64,000 nt of DNA from Lytechinus pictus (lineage: Eukaryota), in assembly GCF_037042905.1 (NCBI RefSeq), contig NC_087248.1, positions 5,084,001-5,148,000 of the forward strand, read 5' to 3'. The notes under the pieces are model-generated. The model was not told the DNA's origin. It saw nothing but the letters and a program-made list of their open reading frames with translations, and did no database searches. The position numbers and the translations under genes were made by a program. Positions 1 to 13,427 of this stretch are shown in pieces (position 1 is the first letter of the stretch; the number at the start of each line of letters is the position of its first letter).

Positions 1-3000
1 TCACAAAACAGGAAAAATCTCACAACTTATAAACCAGCCAGAATACATAGGCCTACATACATGTGAATAGGTTGGAAAATAATCATGTAGAAAGTGATTG
101 GTCATTGGGGCATGGATCGATTTGAATTGGGATGTACATTAAAACAATGACCTGTAAATCAGTTTCCAATGCAAACAATTTCCTGAGTGAATTCATACTT
201 CATATTCATATAATATTCATATTCATTCAATATAGTTGGATTTTCCTGTCTAGGATTTATGAATCCCATTTCAATGAAGGTTGTATAATCTGAACCCTGT
301 CAGTAACATTTTGAACAATTAGTGATGCAATACAACAATGTTTTTGCCTATTCCCCAGATATTTGTAAATTTGCTTCACTCATTAAAAATGTATTTTTCT
401 TAGTTATCCATCAACAAATGCACAACTTTAATGACAAATTTACCATCAAGTATAAACCAATCACATGCCAAGATTTCTAGTATGTAGATTTACATTTATC
501 ACAATTCTATTGTGAGATATTCGTCCCAGTGCTCTGAATTGTGTTCAAAGATTTAGATTATTTCAATGTTACAGACTATGCAATCACGCACAAGAGCATG
601 AAATAAATCTATGAGGCCTCTCTCTGAGGCTGGCAACAACAATCATCTATTCATGTATAATTGTACCAGTATTTCTGGGCAAGAGTGGTATCGTGGTAGG
701 AATTCTGACAGCTACATGCATGTACATGTGTAGAATCCAATTCATTCCTTAAAATCAGACCTATACTCTTTAATAGTTCTATTTCATCACAGATCATCCC
801 AGAGGGTGTCAAAGCAGAACAGGACACTTGCAGTTTAGATACCTGAAGTTTTCTTTTTAACATTTCAACAGAGAATCTTAATCAGACTTGTCAAGTATAT
901 GTTTGATTTTCAAGAGGCAGAGCAAAGAATAGGGGCAAAATCCGTCTGATGACTAATTACATTGTTTGTACGATGTGTAGTACGTATTCTGTACAATATT
1001 TACATAAGACTGCTCTTGGCAAATGAAGATTAGATTATGGTCATTTATAGACACGATTACAACAAGTGTTATTATGAAATGATTACAAAGCTTTCCTGAT
1101 TGCTTTTGACCAACAAAGTTGATCCTAGACAGATAATACAGAAAAAAAAATTCCTCTGGAGGTTGCTTTCTCCATTTGGAATGATCTCAAAGAAGAAGAA
1201 TTAAAACAAGGTTGGTGATACTGTCCTGAAATAGTTCCACAAGTAGTGATTTGTGTGAAAGGGGGCACTCAATATAACCCTGTGTTACACATAATACCAT
1301 TGCCCCAGTCACATCAACTATGCAAACAAGGAAATTATCCAATGAAATGCTTACAAAATATCGTCTCAAGGAAACCAGTAGACATATTCCTCATACAGAA
1401 TATCATGAACTAATTTCAATACCTTGAGAGTTGAGACAAATGTTTCCACTAGCCTATAAACACAAATAAAGCAAACAGGAAAATTTATCTGTTGCTAGAT
1501 GGGGCAAGTCATATTTTTCCAACATCACCAGACATAATAATTCATAAATAAGTCATTCACTGAGACATGCTAACCTTTCAGTCAGCTTCGCACTATTTGG
1601 GGAGCTGAAAACTATATTCTTGCAACAACAAAAAAGCATTCCAGTCCAGAATTATTTTTTTTTCACCTGAACTCAAAATACAAACATTGCCAAAAAGGAG
1701 GAAAGAAAATGATTAAGCTAAAAACACACAAGAATCTTTATTAGAGAGTGATGCCTAACAGTTATGCTGATGTGCCTAAATATGAATAGCAATGTATGGC
1801 CCAATGTATAGTGTACATGTGTACAACACAAGCATATTGATTTACACTGTATTGACTGTAATAACAGATGTTGAAGCTAGTAAAAAATATCAATTACACT
1901 GACACAATCAGGATACAGAGTATGTAAATGAGGATCACAGTCTATGTTTTCTTCTTTTTTTTAATTATGAATATATTCTGAGCAATATTTACTTATTAAA
2001 TGAATAACATGTCTATTTTATATCAAAATTTTACAATAGATTTCTGCATGTCATGATGATTTGTACTTGGATTACAGATTGTACAAATGTATGTATCTCT
2101 TGAAGGCAGTTAACCTCAATGGTAAAACAAAATTGTAAGACTCTGAAAAACATACTGTCTTTTACCATCTTTAACCAACCAGTATCTTCTTGTTTGTCAA
2201 ATAAATGTACATGTATCTCTATCAGAAAATATTAATATTGATAATTCACTGATCAAACATTGATTGCACTGACAATTATCCAACCCAATAAAAAATGTAC
2301 AACACTATAAAAGTCCATACTAATAAGAACTATTAATCTACTTTGGCAAGACTTGTATTCAATACTGTCAACAGCGTCAACAAGCACATTTACAAAGTCC
2401 TTCTAAATAATTTTATCAAATATTTTTACTGGTACCCGGCCTCTACCGTATCTCCACATGACCATCCCAAGCACATTGCTGGGTTCTTTGGGTATAGGCC
2501 TATATGCAACACAACTAAAATGATTTCTCCTTTAATACAGAGGCACTTCATACATGCACAGGAAATCTAAAGGAACACACTTTAAAGAGAAATGCACAAT
2601 GGATTGTTGTTTGTTTGTTACCTTAAATATTGCATATATAAGCATGTAAAATCTAAAAGAAAATAAAATGAATTTGCTTTTTATGCTGTCATTTTCAATC
2701 TTATACAAAAAACACTTTCATCAAGAAGACAAGTACCTGTTAATAGGATATGAAGATATCTAAATTCAGCCATACTAAAATATGGCTTTTAATGAAAACA
2801 AATATGAAACCCCTTTAAATACTGCAGAAAAATTGATCAGTTGCCCAAGGGACGGGGAGAGTTACATCCCATGGACAGAGGTGTTTTACATAACAAAGAA
2901 TACAATATTCAGTTTCAATCAATATACCAATGGGTAAAGTTGCAACACCTCCCCACTAAATAAAAAGATCAATAATTCTGCATAACGGGCAAAACTGTAG

Positions 3001-3322
3001 GGATTTTTTTAGGCGTTGAGTTCACCCCTTCCCCTATCTATAGCTTTCTGCAAGATATTTTATCTTAAAGCCAAGTTATAGTCCAGCATGATTTTTTTGG
3101 GGGGGTGGAAGGGGAGAGGGGGTTGACTTGATTTTAAGAATTGAAGATTTTTTTATCTCCTCAAAACAAAGTTTTTTCATCTTTTGATCTTTTACTTCCT
3201 TCAAAATATGTACAAATTTAATATAGCATTAGAACAAAGGTCACAAGTAAATGTTCAGAAAACATTTGTAGTAACTTGTGCTTAATTCATATTCAATTGT
3301 TTGTCCTTGATAAAATTGAGCT

Positions 3323-4126
3323 CTATTCCTTTAGTTTCTTCACTTTACTTGGCTTGATGTAGGCCTCATAAAAGAACTTCAAAAAGAAGTAAAGGAAGCT
3401 AAGATAGAGTACGACAGACCAAGCTATATTTACTCCATGGGTATCACACTCATTCCCTCGAGCAAGCTGTATAATGGTATGTACCGTCACAGCAATCGAT
3501 ATAAAAAACTGTGACAGCTGAATAACGGTGATCCCGACCTTCACTTGCTGTGGTATTTTCGTGACTTTAGCGGCGCTCACAGCGTAGTAGGCATACATAG
3601 CGGCGTGGACACCAAAGTTGAGGGTTGCAAAGAATCGTCCAGTGGAGATATAATCATGATGGGAGTACCAGGAGTAGATGAGAGTGAAAATGTGGTGATA
3701 CCAATGGATGAAGATCAGCTTACGCTTACGCGCCACGATGAAAAACGTATCCCCCAATTCAATGAGTTTGCTCATAGGAAACAACCATGCCCACATTCCG
3801 ATTCTCCCATTGTAGAAATTGGCTTTGCAGATCACATCGTGCCAACCATTCTCAACGAACAACCGTCGTAACAGATCTGGCGCTGTATTCACCAACCCCA
3901 GGAAGCTGAAAAGGGCGAATGCGGCTGACCACATCATCAAAGGGCGACGTAGGTCGTAGGCAGGACGGTTCTCCATCCATCGTTGACCTCCAAAGACAAG
4001 GATGAGATAGACAGCTGAGATGGGCAGCGATACCCACCAATTCTCCCGGAGCCATCGGCCATGGAAATCGGTGTCAAATGAGGCTCCTTTATCTCGGTAC
4101 AAGCTCAGTGCATTTTTTACATCCAT
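3323..4126 (-). CDS. ELOVL6: Elongation of very long chain fatty acids protein (ELO/GNS1/SUR4 family), ELOVL6/ELOVL3-like, single coding exon, 267 aa
   Basis: ELO motifs are present: SKLIELGDTFFIVARK, the histidine box FIHWYHH, NFGVHAAMYAYY and ITVIQLSQF. Multiple TM segments and a Lys-rich C-terminus (KVKKLKE). The subfamily call is by motif recognition, not phylogeny. Confidence 0.93.
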   Translation of the reverse strand: MDVKNALSLYRDKGASFDTDFHGRWLRENWWVSLPISAVYLILVFGGQRWMENRPAYDLRRPLMMWSAAFALFSFLGLVNTAPDLLRRLFVENGWHDVICKANFYNGRIGMWAWLFPMSKLIELGDTFFIVARKRKLIFIHWYHHIFTLIYSWYSHHDYISTGRFFATLNFGVHAAMYAYYAVSAAKVTKIPQQVKVGITVIQLSQFFISIAVTVHTIIQLARGNECDTHGVNIAWSVVLYLSFLYFFLKFFYEAYIKPSKVKKLKE

Positions 4127-5785
4127 GTTCTTTTACAATTAATCCCTTAATATTCAGAATAAGATCAGTAGTCCAGTAAACTTCTGAGGAAGGAATTATA
4201 GCTACCTTAGTTTTCACTATGTATCAATTGATGAGAATGAAGCATTGTTGATGCACTTCGTTTGGAATTCGAATGTCAAGAAAGATGTCATGTGGTAACC
4301 ATGTCATGCAGACCAACGGCCACGCCTCTATTTGCTGCATCCAATTCACACACAAAGATGGGGAGCGAAAATGATTGCAATCCTCAAAAACTACTCGTTA
4401 TACGGCAAGAAATTGTCAAAATCCAGTGAAGTTGGACATACGGTATAAGAGCTAAGATAGCTCCGTCTTAGACATGTGCATCCCGAGCGTTCGATCCTTG
4501 CAAATTGATGTTGCAGTCTCAGCTGGAGAAATCACAATAAAAACTCTTTCACTGAATTCAGTTTCACTTCCAGTCCATTCATTCAGCGGGCTTCACCATC
4601 AACAAACTGCACATGACATGCATTCTGTGCATGCATATATATCCATATGTACGGTATGCACATTGTCAATGCTTTGAAGCTCGCGAGATCGAGAGAGATA
4701 AAAGACCGGTTTATTGCACGTGTGTTGAACGGTGAGGAAATAGTCTAAATTTTTAGTCTCATTATGTAATTCAAATCGAGTTTTTGATTTTTTTTCAACA
4801 AAAAAAAAAGCTATCAGCTTAAATACAATATTTCTAAAAATATATCAATAAATTTTACATCTTATTTTTAAAGATTACAAACTGAAAATTTAATTCGAAA
4901 TTTAAATTCCATATCACAGGCTAAAATCGAATTAGTTGATAGACTATCAACATCGCCTCATATCTTCTTGCAAGGGTCACGCCAGCTGGGTCATCGATTT
5001 CTGGATTTGAAGAAAATGGTTCGAGAAGTACTACTAGTAATTATTGTCTCGTAGTATTAAGTGGTAACAAACAAATTAAAAACTATGGAATCCAATGCCC
5101 AGACGATACAGAGGATTTATCGACGCAGCAAGGAACGCGGGGGGCGGGGCACTTAGGGGCGGCGCCGCGCGCGCGGCCCGCGTTCAGGGGGTGTGCCTTG
5201 GGCGTCGTTGCCGGCGTCGTTGTTTCAAGTTTCAAGTTTATTTTATTAATTTCAAATCCAAACATAAAGGATTACAAACAAATAAAATTAACAATTTGTA
5301 CAATATTTTAGACAATAGAGTCACAAATTAGACAAAAAGAAAAAAAGGAATAAAAACATAACAAAAAAGAAGCGATTTGCTGTCCGAAACTGTGTGTTTT
5401 TCTATTGTCAATGTCAATACAGGGCAATCGGTGTCACTAGTGTTGGTATATATAATAGGCCTACTTCTTATTCAATGTCAACATGGGTGGCGTCACAAGG
5501 GGGGGGGGGCTCAGTTTCTCCAGTGAGCAACACGACCGAAAGAAAAAAATAGATTATAAGATTTTTATATATTTTTTTAGGGAAGATAGTCGACGTCGAT
5601 CCTATATAGAGTATTTTATATATAAGCTTTTCCTTTTTATACATGCCTCTTCTGGCATCTGTTCACTCTTCCCCCTCTTTCTTCATTTATTTTTATACAA
5701 CATCCGATAGGGAACGGTCACTTTTCTCCTGAAAAGCCCCGTCCTGGAGAAGTTTATATATACTTATACATATAGGGCCTATATA

Positions 5786-7749
5786 GGAGAGACCGGAGAG
5801 AAATGGGGACATTTTCGCATAATCGGGAAAGATTCCTTGTAACTTTTTAACTTTTTTTTTCAAGCTAGGCCATGATACTATATATACTAAAGTATATATT
5901 TATGAAGTAGGGCCTATATGTATTGCCACCCCTACATTTGTGTAACCATGGAGCTCCATGGTGTAACTTTGATTTTGAAACCCTAAAAGTTTTGGGGTAA
6001 TATGGGACACCCCGGGGTGCAATGGGACTCACTGAAGAGGGGTGAAATGGGACGACCACAAAAGAATAAGTGAATCCTCACTTATAGGAGAATAATGATG
6101 GAACAAACAACTGTCAATGAAGATAATCATAAGGCAAAACGAGATGAATTTGTGAACAGAAGGCCCTTTTCAAGCTTGGTTGAGGGAAAAAACATAATCG
6201 CAGCCTGTGACAGTTTCCCCTCTATAAAAAGTGCATATATACACCATTCTCGCCTTTTTCTTCCTGAAAGTTCTTTTTACACACAGGTAGGCCTATACCC
6301 ATAATTCTGGTCTTCAAATTCAAGATAAATTATCATCTAATAGATAATCCACATGATTTTTAGAGTAGGCCTAATGTTTTCTTATAATTATGACAACTCA
6401 ATTAACACTTTAACATTGGTAAATTACTAATGGTCAACCAATTTGAAGATTTCAAATGAGCTGAATTACACGTCAGTATCCTACCGCACTGCATGTTTCA
6501 TTTCCAAATAAAACTATTTCTTTCTCTTTTTTCCCTCTCTCTTTTTTTTCATTTGAAGATTGCACTTACAATTAATGTGCACACCATGGGTTATAACGAT
6601 GTAATTAAACACCGTCTTTTGAAGAACACAACGTTAAAACAACTGTTGCATGCAATTAAGAACACTCAGTAAGAACAACAATTTAACTATATCTCTCATA
6701 AAAAATCATTGTTTTCCTTGAATATTAAATCGTGAATGTAAATTTGCTATGAGACGTGCCCGGATCGTTTTTTACACAAGAGATAAGTTTTATTCAAACA
6801 TCTGTTATTATAAAATAACAACATGTTGTAAGCTTTTCAGTCTAGTCGACACAAAGCTGCAAAACAGACTGACATTTTCCCTCCTTGAAAAACCATGATT
6901 ATTTGTAAAACAATGAAAAATAAACTTTTAATATAAAATGTGAGTATCACACAGAATATTGAACAAGTTAAATATGAAAATATTTAATATTTTTTCCTAC
7001 ACCCAATCCTATCCCATGAGGCATGTGTAAATTTGAAAGTGGGGGGGGGGGGGCACAGGAAAAAAATGACACTTCCTCTTTTGAAAAGGGCACTTAAAAC
7101 AAAGAACAATCTAGGCCTGTCATTTTAGTGTGCAATAAAGATGTTAAGATCAGTATGTCTATATATTTCACATGGTATTTGAATTGCACAATTTTGTACT
7201 TACACGTGCTGGGGAGAAATGGGACAGTGTGTCCCATCTCTCCCCCTTAGTAACAAAAAAATAAGAATGACAGTCACTGGCAGGGGCCGCGGAACGGTTT
7301 TCAAAGTGGGGGGGGGGGGGGGGCTGACCATGCTAAAAATCACAATCATATGGTCATTTTTACGTTTTTGTACACGGGTCTTGGAAAAAAGTGGGGGGCT
7401 AAAGCCCCCCCAGCCCCCCCAGTTCCGCGGCCCCTGACTGTTTCTTACCTGTCTTTTATGAAAAAAATGTCATCTTCAGAAGTTTGCACACTTATTAAGT
7501 TACTAAAAAGCATTATGAACCTTTGACATTTTTTCTCACAAGAAACGATGAAAGGGTATCTAAAAGGGGGTATAAAAAGAAACTCGTTTATGACTTACCT
7601 GTAGAGCTGTAGAGTAGGCCCTAACTGATAATTATAATCTGTTTTGAGCTATGCCTATACACATCTTTTTACTGATGTAACTGGCTTGCTGATTGGCAGA
7701 TTATTTTTCAAGTTACAAGTGAGTGTCCCATTTCTCCCCGGTCTCCCCC
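5786..7749. mobile_element. Non-autonomous TIR DNA transposon (Tc1/pogo-like)
   Basis: The left end ta|GGAGAGACCGGAGAGAAATGGGGAC matches the right end GTCCCATTTCTCCCCGGTCTCCCC(c)|ta. Internal GAAATGGGAC motif copies lie at ~6045 and ~7217. No transposase ORF. Confidence 0.6.
7281..7436. mobile_element. Short MITE with CAGGGGCCGCGGAAC TIRs nested in the element above
   Basis: Perfect 15-bp TIR CAGGGGCCGCGGAAC / GTTCCGCGGCCCCTG; no clear TSD. Confidence 0.65.
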
Positions 7750-7758
7750 TAATATATA

Positions 7759-8247
7759 AGGGAAAGTTCATCCTCACTGGTTTTAATAAAAGCAGAATAA
7801 TATAGTGAAAAACATTGGTGAAGGTTTTATGAAATCCTATATCATAAAGGACAAGGGAGTTATTTTTAAAGTGTTTATTTTGCGACGTTGTATAAACATT
7901 ATCATTACTTATTATATAAATTTCATAAATTCAATTTTTATGGAAAATGATCAATAAAAATATGTTACAAATATTACAAAAGGGGTTATGAAAAGATATG
8001 TATAGTGCCATGCAATATTTTTTTCTTATTTTTGTTTGTTTGTTTGTTTTGTTGTTGTTGAGAAAACGGTATTTTACTGAATATCGCAAAACCCGAGGAG
8101 CTGCTTTTCTGTGTCGTCCTAAAATCAAGACAGTTAAAAGGCTTCGTTAGTCTTTGACGGATTTTCATAAATCCCGGCTCCCGAAATATTTTTCAATAAT
8201 TTTTCTGCTTTTATTGATATCAAATTTTAGCAGGGTGAATTTCCCAT
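7759..8247. mobile_element. Degenerate Kolobok-like (TTAA-type) MITE
   Basis: Ends AGGGAAAGTTCATCCT ... AGGGTGAATTTCCC, related to copies at ~10709-11197 and ~29309-30000. Confidence 0.5.
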
Positions 8248-9943
8248 GCAGGCCTTTATACGTAATTATATAAGAAAGAACTCACTTTTTTATTCCTCTC
8301 TTCTTTCTTCTTTCTTCATTCTATTATTCATTTCTTCATTTTCTCTATAGCAGAAAGGATAAAGGTTTTAGGCCTATATACATGTGCTGCATGTGGAACA
8401 GTTTTAAAAGCATATGATGACAAATGTTACGTTTTTACATGTTTATTGAAAGAGTTGGTGACTGTGAAATTTCCCTAAACCCCGCGTCCGCGGTCCCTGC
8501 ATGTGTTATGAGGCCAGTTGTGTCGAAGAAACGGAACAAGTACATGAAACTGTGCTCTGGCCGTCGAGAGTGGGCGACAGATGAATATGATCAATGAGCT
8601 TGATACAAAACAAAACAATGCCATGGTTTATTTCTTTAATTTTCTTTTTAAAATTAATTTATCCATTTATTCGTTTATTTATTTATTCATTTATTATTTC
8701 AAGGGGTGGATCGATGCGTTAACACTGGCGTAACAGGGGCACATCCCCCGCCCCCCAAAAAAAAGAGAAGATCTAAAAACTAAAAATCAATTTTCTCAGA
8801 AAACGAACTACCTTTGCATTTTTATGGAACACACCATTGACGAACCCGCTATTGAAAATATTTGTTAATCATCATGATCTATTAAAATCATAATCTCTTT
8901 TAAAAACATTATGCAAGCATTTAATACCTGCTTTCATAATTTCTGACGTAATTCATAACTTCGTTTTTAATAAAATCACAATTTTTGTATCCTGTGATGA
9001 ATATTATTCGTCATATTCATGCCAATAAATATTATACTGTGTTTATTAAAAACTTATTCTCTGCCCGATGATCACTTTTCAGCGTTCACTTAAAATATAG
9101 GGACAGCATCTAAGGGAGGTCGAACTCTAATATCATTCTGACCTCGAAGTGTTTTGTATCGCGACTATTCAAAATTCTGCATATCACCCCCCCCCCCCCC
9201 CCTCTGCAGTGTCATGGACTCCTGGGAACGATTTTTTTAACAGGGGGCGCTGGTTTAAATTTGACAATCATGCAAAAAGGGTTTTCACTATATGACGGTC
9301 ATTTTGTTCACGAGAAATTTGACACGCAATAAAAGAGGAAACATTGAAAGAAAAGAAAAGATTTTCACTACAAAATGTAGTTCATTTTAGTTGAATTTCC
9401 AGGTGCAGGTGCTGCCTGTGGAGAATAACATACGCAACACCCCCCCCCCCCCACGGGACATATTCTCAGAGATACCCCCCTCGCTTATAAAGGATTTGAA
9501 CCTATATCCAGGGGCGGATACAGCCAGGATTTTCCAAAAGGGGGGCATATTTTTCGGAGGAAAATTTTGACAAGCAAAAAAAAAAAAATGTTTTCAACCA
9601 CAAATTAAGGATATTTCGTACCCAAAAAATTGACAAGCAAAAAAAAAATGTTTTCAATTTCAAAAGAGTGGACACACCTCTGTTTTAATGGCATTTTTAC
9701 ATTACAAATATTAATTTTGCTTCTCAAAAGGGGTCAAGTGTTTTCCTTCAGCAAGAAATGTACCCACATTGTGCTGCATGCAACCCAGGTGAGGTGAATG
9801 GGTATCCAGCAGAATTAATTCCTTGAATGCACCCACGGGGGGGGGGGGGCAGTCACAATATATTGCTGTACAAATGCGTGACAAAAAACGCGTTTAAAGG
9901 GATATTTTTCCCGTTTTGGACGCGGGCCGAGCGTGCACTCGTT

Positions 9944-11392
9944 TGCTCGGTGTAAAAATGGCAGAGGTAAAAATGGCAAAGGTAAAAATGGCAAAGGTAA
10001 AGTTTCGCTTAATTTCACAAAACAGTAATTTATATGCACATTCTGGTCACTTTGCAAATGAGGAGACTGATGACGTCATCCACTCACTATTTCTTTTGTA
10101 TTTTATTATATGAAATATTCTAATTTTCTCCTCATTGCCAAGTGAAACAACGATTAACTCCTACCTGAACATGTGGAATTAGCATTGTTTAATATATATG
10201 GTTCAGTCAGGTTGGTCCTTATTGTCAAATTTGTAAAAAATGAAATATTGTATAATTCAAACAATAAAAAGCAAAAGAAAAAGTGAGTGATGGACATCAT
10301 CGACTGACTCACCTACATGTAGTTGTGCATATCACTGTTTTGTGAAAAATAAGCGAAACTTTAAAATGTCATAACTTTCTTATTTTACATCCGATTTTGA
10401 TGAAATTTTCAGTGTTGTGCTAGTTTTATTTTTCTCTTTTTATTCAAATCAACATTTTTCTGGGGTGGACTTGACCTTTAAATAAGAAATGTTCTGAGAA
10501 GAAAATTAGAATTATAATGTTGACGTAATGGAAAAGGTAACATTTTAAAATCACACTGTAAATCTTCTGCACCAAATTGATAACACTTTAGTTGGTATTT
10601 CTTTTTTTCCCGAAACTTACATGCACGGCCTTCTCATGTCAAATCGCTCCTCTGATATTCAAATTTGAAGCACACTTTGGATCCCAAATATTGTACGTAA
10701 TTCACAAAAGGGGATAGTCACCCTGACATAAACTTAAGTTTATCGTGAAGCTAGCAGATAATAATTAAAAACAATATTGGTGAGGGTTTTAGCGAATCCA
10801 TCAAAGATTTAAAAAGCTATTAGAATTTTATATTTTTATGGTGACGTCATTTGCGAGTAGTTTTTCCCCATATATGGTATAATAAAAAAATATCAATGAA
10901 ATATCATTTAAAAAAAAATGAAAATGATTTTTATTGTACCTTAAGTATATCGACATACAAATCATTTCACATCTGCTCCTGAATTTTTTTTAGCAATCAT
11001 GACCCACTGATAAAAAAATTGAGAAGCATACATGTTGGTGCATAAAATACGGGGCAGGTGCTTGTATATGACGTCAAAGAAAAAAAACCTAACATTCATA
11101 CTATCTTTCTTATTCTTTGATGGGTTTTCCTTAAACCTTCACCAATATATTTTCTGCTATTTTTACAGTAAACCATTTGTCAGGGTGAACTTCTCCTTCG
11201 AAACAGGACGATAGAATGGTATCTAAGAAACACCTATGATTATTTTCACCTCTGCCATTTTTACCTCTGCCATTATTACCTCTGCCATTTTTACCACTGC
11301 CATTTTTACCTCTGCCATTATTACCTCTGCCATTTTTACCTCTGCCATTTTTACCTCTGCCATTTTTACCCTTGCCATTATTACCTGGCACC
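9944..11392. mobile_element. Foldback/Mutator-like non-autonomous element, copy 1 (TIRs made of 15-bp AAAAATGGCAGAGGT arrays)
   Basis: Inward-facing 15-mer arrays at 9954-9999 (+) and ~11245-11386 (-). Flanking direct repeat CACTCGTT (9936-9943 / 11393-11400). The interior is homologous to 29100-30000. Confidence 0.8.
9998..10481. mobile_element. Truncated Kolobok-like palindromic MITE inside foldback copy 1
   Basis: Internal inverted repeats (TTTCGCTTAATTTCACAAAACAGT / ACTGTTTTGTGAAAAATAAGCGAAA). Ends GGACTTGACCT|TTAA. Absent from copy 2. Confidence 0.6.
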
Positions 11393-12659
11393 CACTCGTT
11401 AAGGGTATCAAAAATACAATTTTTTAATAGTTTTTAAAGACTGGTAAATGGTCAATCGCGGAGTCAATCGGATTTAGGGTATTTTTTCAAAGCTTTTTTT
11501 CAAGGACTAGCAAAACGTGTTTGTTTTTCTTTTCCCTCCTCGTTTTTTGAAAAGTGTTCGGGTTCATGCATGTGTTAGGGGTCATATTCTGGCGACAACT
11601 TGTTTAGGGGCCAAAATGTGTAAATGAAGCCAGCGAAAAAAAATTGTTTAGAGGGTTATTTTGCACACACAGAAAAACTCGTTTAGGGGTGTTTGGAAAT
11701 AATTTGGTCACGAATGTGTACAGTAATACATTTGACTGCCCCCACCCCCCCCCCACTAGCGTACCTACGGGGGGGGGGCAGAGGGGGCACTCTGCCCCCC
11801 CCCCCTGACGAGCTTAAAAGACCCTTTTTGCCCCCCCTGACGAACTTGAAGACCTTTAATGCCCCCCCTGAAGAGCCTGAAGACCTTATAGCAGCTGGAG
11901 CTACAACCGGGGTTATGATAGTGCGCAATATTAACGGAAACTCGGCGCCTCATAAATGCTATATAAAAAAAGAACATGTTTTTTAAAAAAATGTCAAAAC
12001 CGACCCCTATCTACGACTTCTGCGTTTTCCTTCATAAATTCACAATTTTTGCCGAAAGTTCCCCTCTGAGTACTTTTCTCACTCATTGCCTTAATAACAA
12101 ATAAACCGTCATTCTGTCAATAATTCTTGTGTGTGTGTGCACCCAATTATGCATTTAAAAAAAAGATAATAGGCCTATTCTGCATCATTTGAAGATGATT
12201 TTTGGTCATATTTTGTGTTTGTCAGTTTCGTGTGCTGCACCCGCGTTTTGTACAGAGAAGTTATCCAGTTACCCTTATGCCAGGGCAGAATGAAACCTTT
12301 GAAAATTTTTAAATAACACAAACAACTACACAATTTAGATGAAATACAAATATCGTTGGAGCCTTGCGCCATGAACACCTGTCTTTGGCGAGAACCGGTG
12401 TTATACTTTATTTAGACATGATCGAAAACATCATTATCATCAATAATCATTGTCATCATTCTTCGAGTAAAGGTAATACTTTACTACGACACGTTTGGTT
12501 CATAATAGTATTATAATAATTTAAGACGAACTCGACGTCAGATAAAAAGCTTAAAACATAACAAGTACCCAGAATTGTCATCGTGTGGGGCTTTGACGTG
12601 GTGATTGTCCCCTAACCCCCCCCCCCCCGCTAAACCCATTTAATGCAGGACTGTGAATT

Positions 12660-13300
12660 ACTTTTATCCGAAAATATGTGACGTGAACAAGACCCTCTCT
12701 CAACCGTGGCGCCTATGAATAAGAAAAAAAATATTACACAAAAAGACATTCTCACTAAGCATAGCGTGCATGTATTCTCATAATTGCGATATCGTCATAA
12801 TGGTATTTCCGTGTACTCACTCGGTTGCGGAAGACTTCGCCACATGAATTATGTGAAGGTATAGCGATACATGGTTAATTTCTCTCAGATAGTGGCTGCA
12901 CAGAATAATATTCTCAATATATAAAGACTTCACACCTTCCAAGGCTTCATTTGTTTTCGTTGTGTCGTTCGAGCCATTTGACTTTGATCACGACTTCTAT
13001 CATTTTCTCATAGACCAGAAATGTAAAATTCTCTTGTGCTGTCTGACATTTTGAGAACCCTGGGACGGCTTCATTCAGACAATAATCTAAAGCAGACGAT
13101 TTTATAGGAAAAGACGAAGTTTCCCGCCAAGTTGTGCCCTGAGACTCATTTAGCTATTAAGCCCCAAATTGGAAAATCCCTGGTCCTGTAACAATGTACG
13201 AATCTCGAGAACTCGATGATGATACCATCATTGGCATCATTCTTGGGCATGCCGATACTCAAGAATACTTAAATCGACCAAAGAGGAGCAAAACACATCA
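12660..13300 (+). repeat. Upstream copy of a tandem duplication of the promoter/5' region of the 14136 gene (other copy ~13460-14230)
   Basis: Collinear shared blocks: ATGTGACGTGA (12677/13479), ACTTCACA-CTT-CAAGGCTTCATT (~12927/~13701), CGAAGTTTCCCGCCAAG (13115/14020) and ACAATGTACGAA (13191/14133). Confidence 0.8.
13120..13130 (+). promoter_or_regulatory. E2F-like site TTTCCCGCCAA, conserved in both duplicate copies (second at 14025-14035)
   Basis: Matches the E2F consensus TTTSSCGC and is identical in both copies while the flanks have diverged. Confidence 0.35.
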
Positions 13301-13427
13301 ACCAACGACCAAAGTGGAGCCAAAAAATATGAAGAAGAAGCGCCCCTCAAATAACGAATGCCCGGGCAGTAAAATGCTTCGAACATTTCGGAAATGCTTT
13401 GGAGGCCTCGTCTCAAGAACTATTTAG
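13194..13427 (+). CDS. Putative 77-aa small basic protein, truncated paralogue of the 14136 gene (no TM segments); could be a pseudogene
   Basis: 21/28 N-terminal residues are identical to the 14136 ORF, with 7 synonymous differences among the identical codons; good start context ACAATG. Confidence 0.5.
   Translation: MYESRELDDDTIIGIILGHADTQEYLNRPKRSKTHQPTTKVEPKNMKKKRPSNNECPGSKMLRTFRKCFGGLVSRTI

Larger units (their letters stand above)
9837..11754. mobile_element. Poly-G-ended MITE interrupted by the foldback element at 9944-11392
   Basis: TIRs GGGGCAGTCACAATATATTGCTGTACAAATGCGTGAC (~9846) and GTCACGAATGTGTACAGTAATACATTTGACTGCCCC (~11707-11742). Confidence 0.7.

Noticed and set aside
3545-4055. 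ORFs overlapping the elongase
   Set aside because: Antisense or alternate-frame shadows of a real CDS.
11131-11427. GKNGR / MAEVK / TSAIF / LPLPF repeat ORFs (also 9815-10113, 28774-29051, 31142-31503)
   Set aside because: They are translations of the stop-free 15-bp TIR arrays in several frames on both strands, not genes.
11800-11890. Three ~32-bp repeats each containing CTGANGA (hammerhead core?)
   Set aside because: No stem II followed by GAAA. These are subterminal repeats of a truncated TE.
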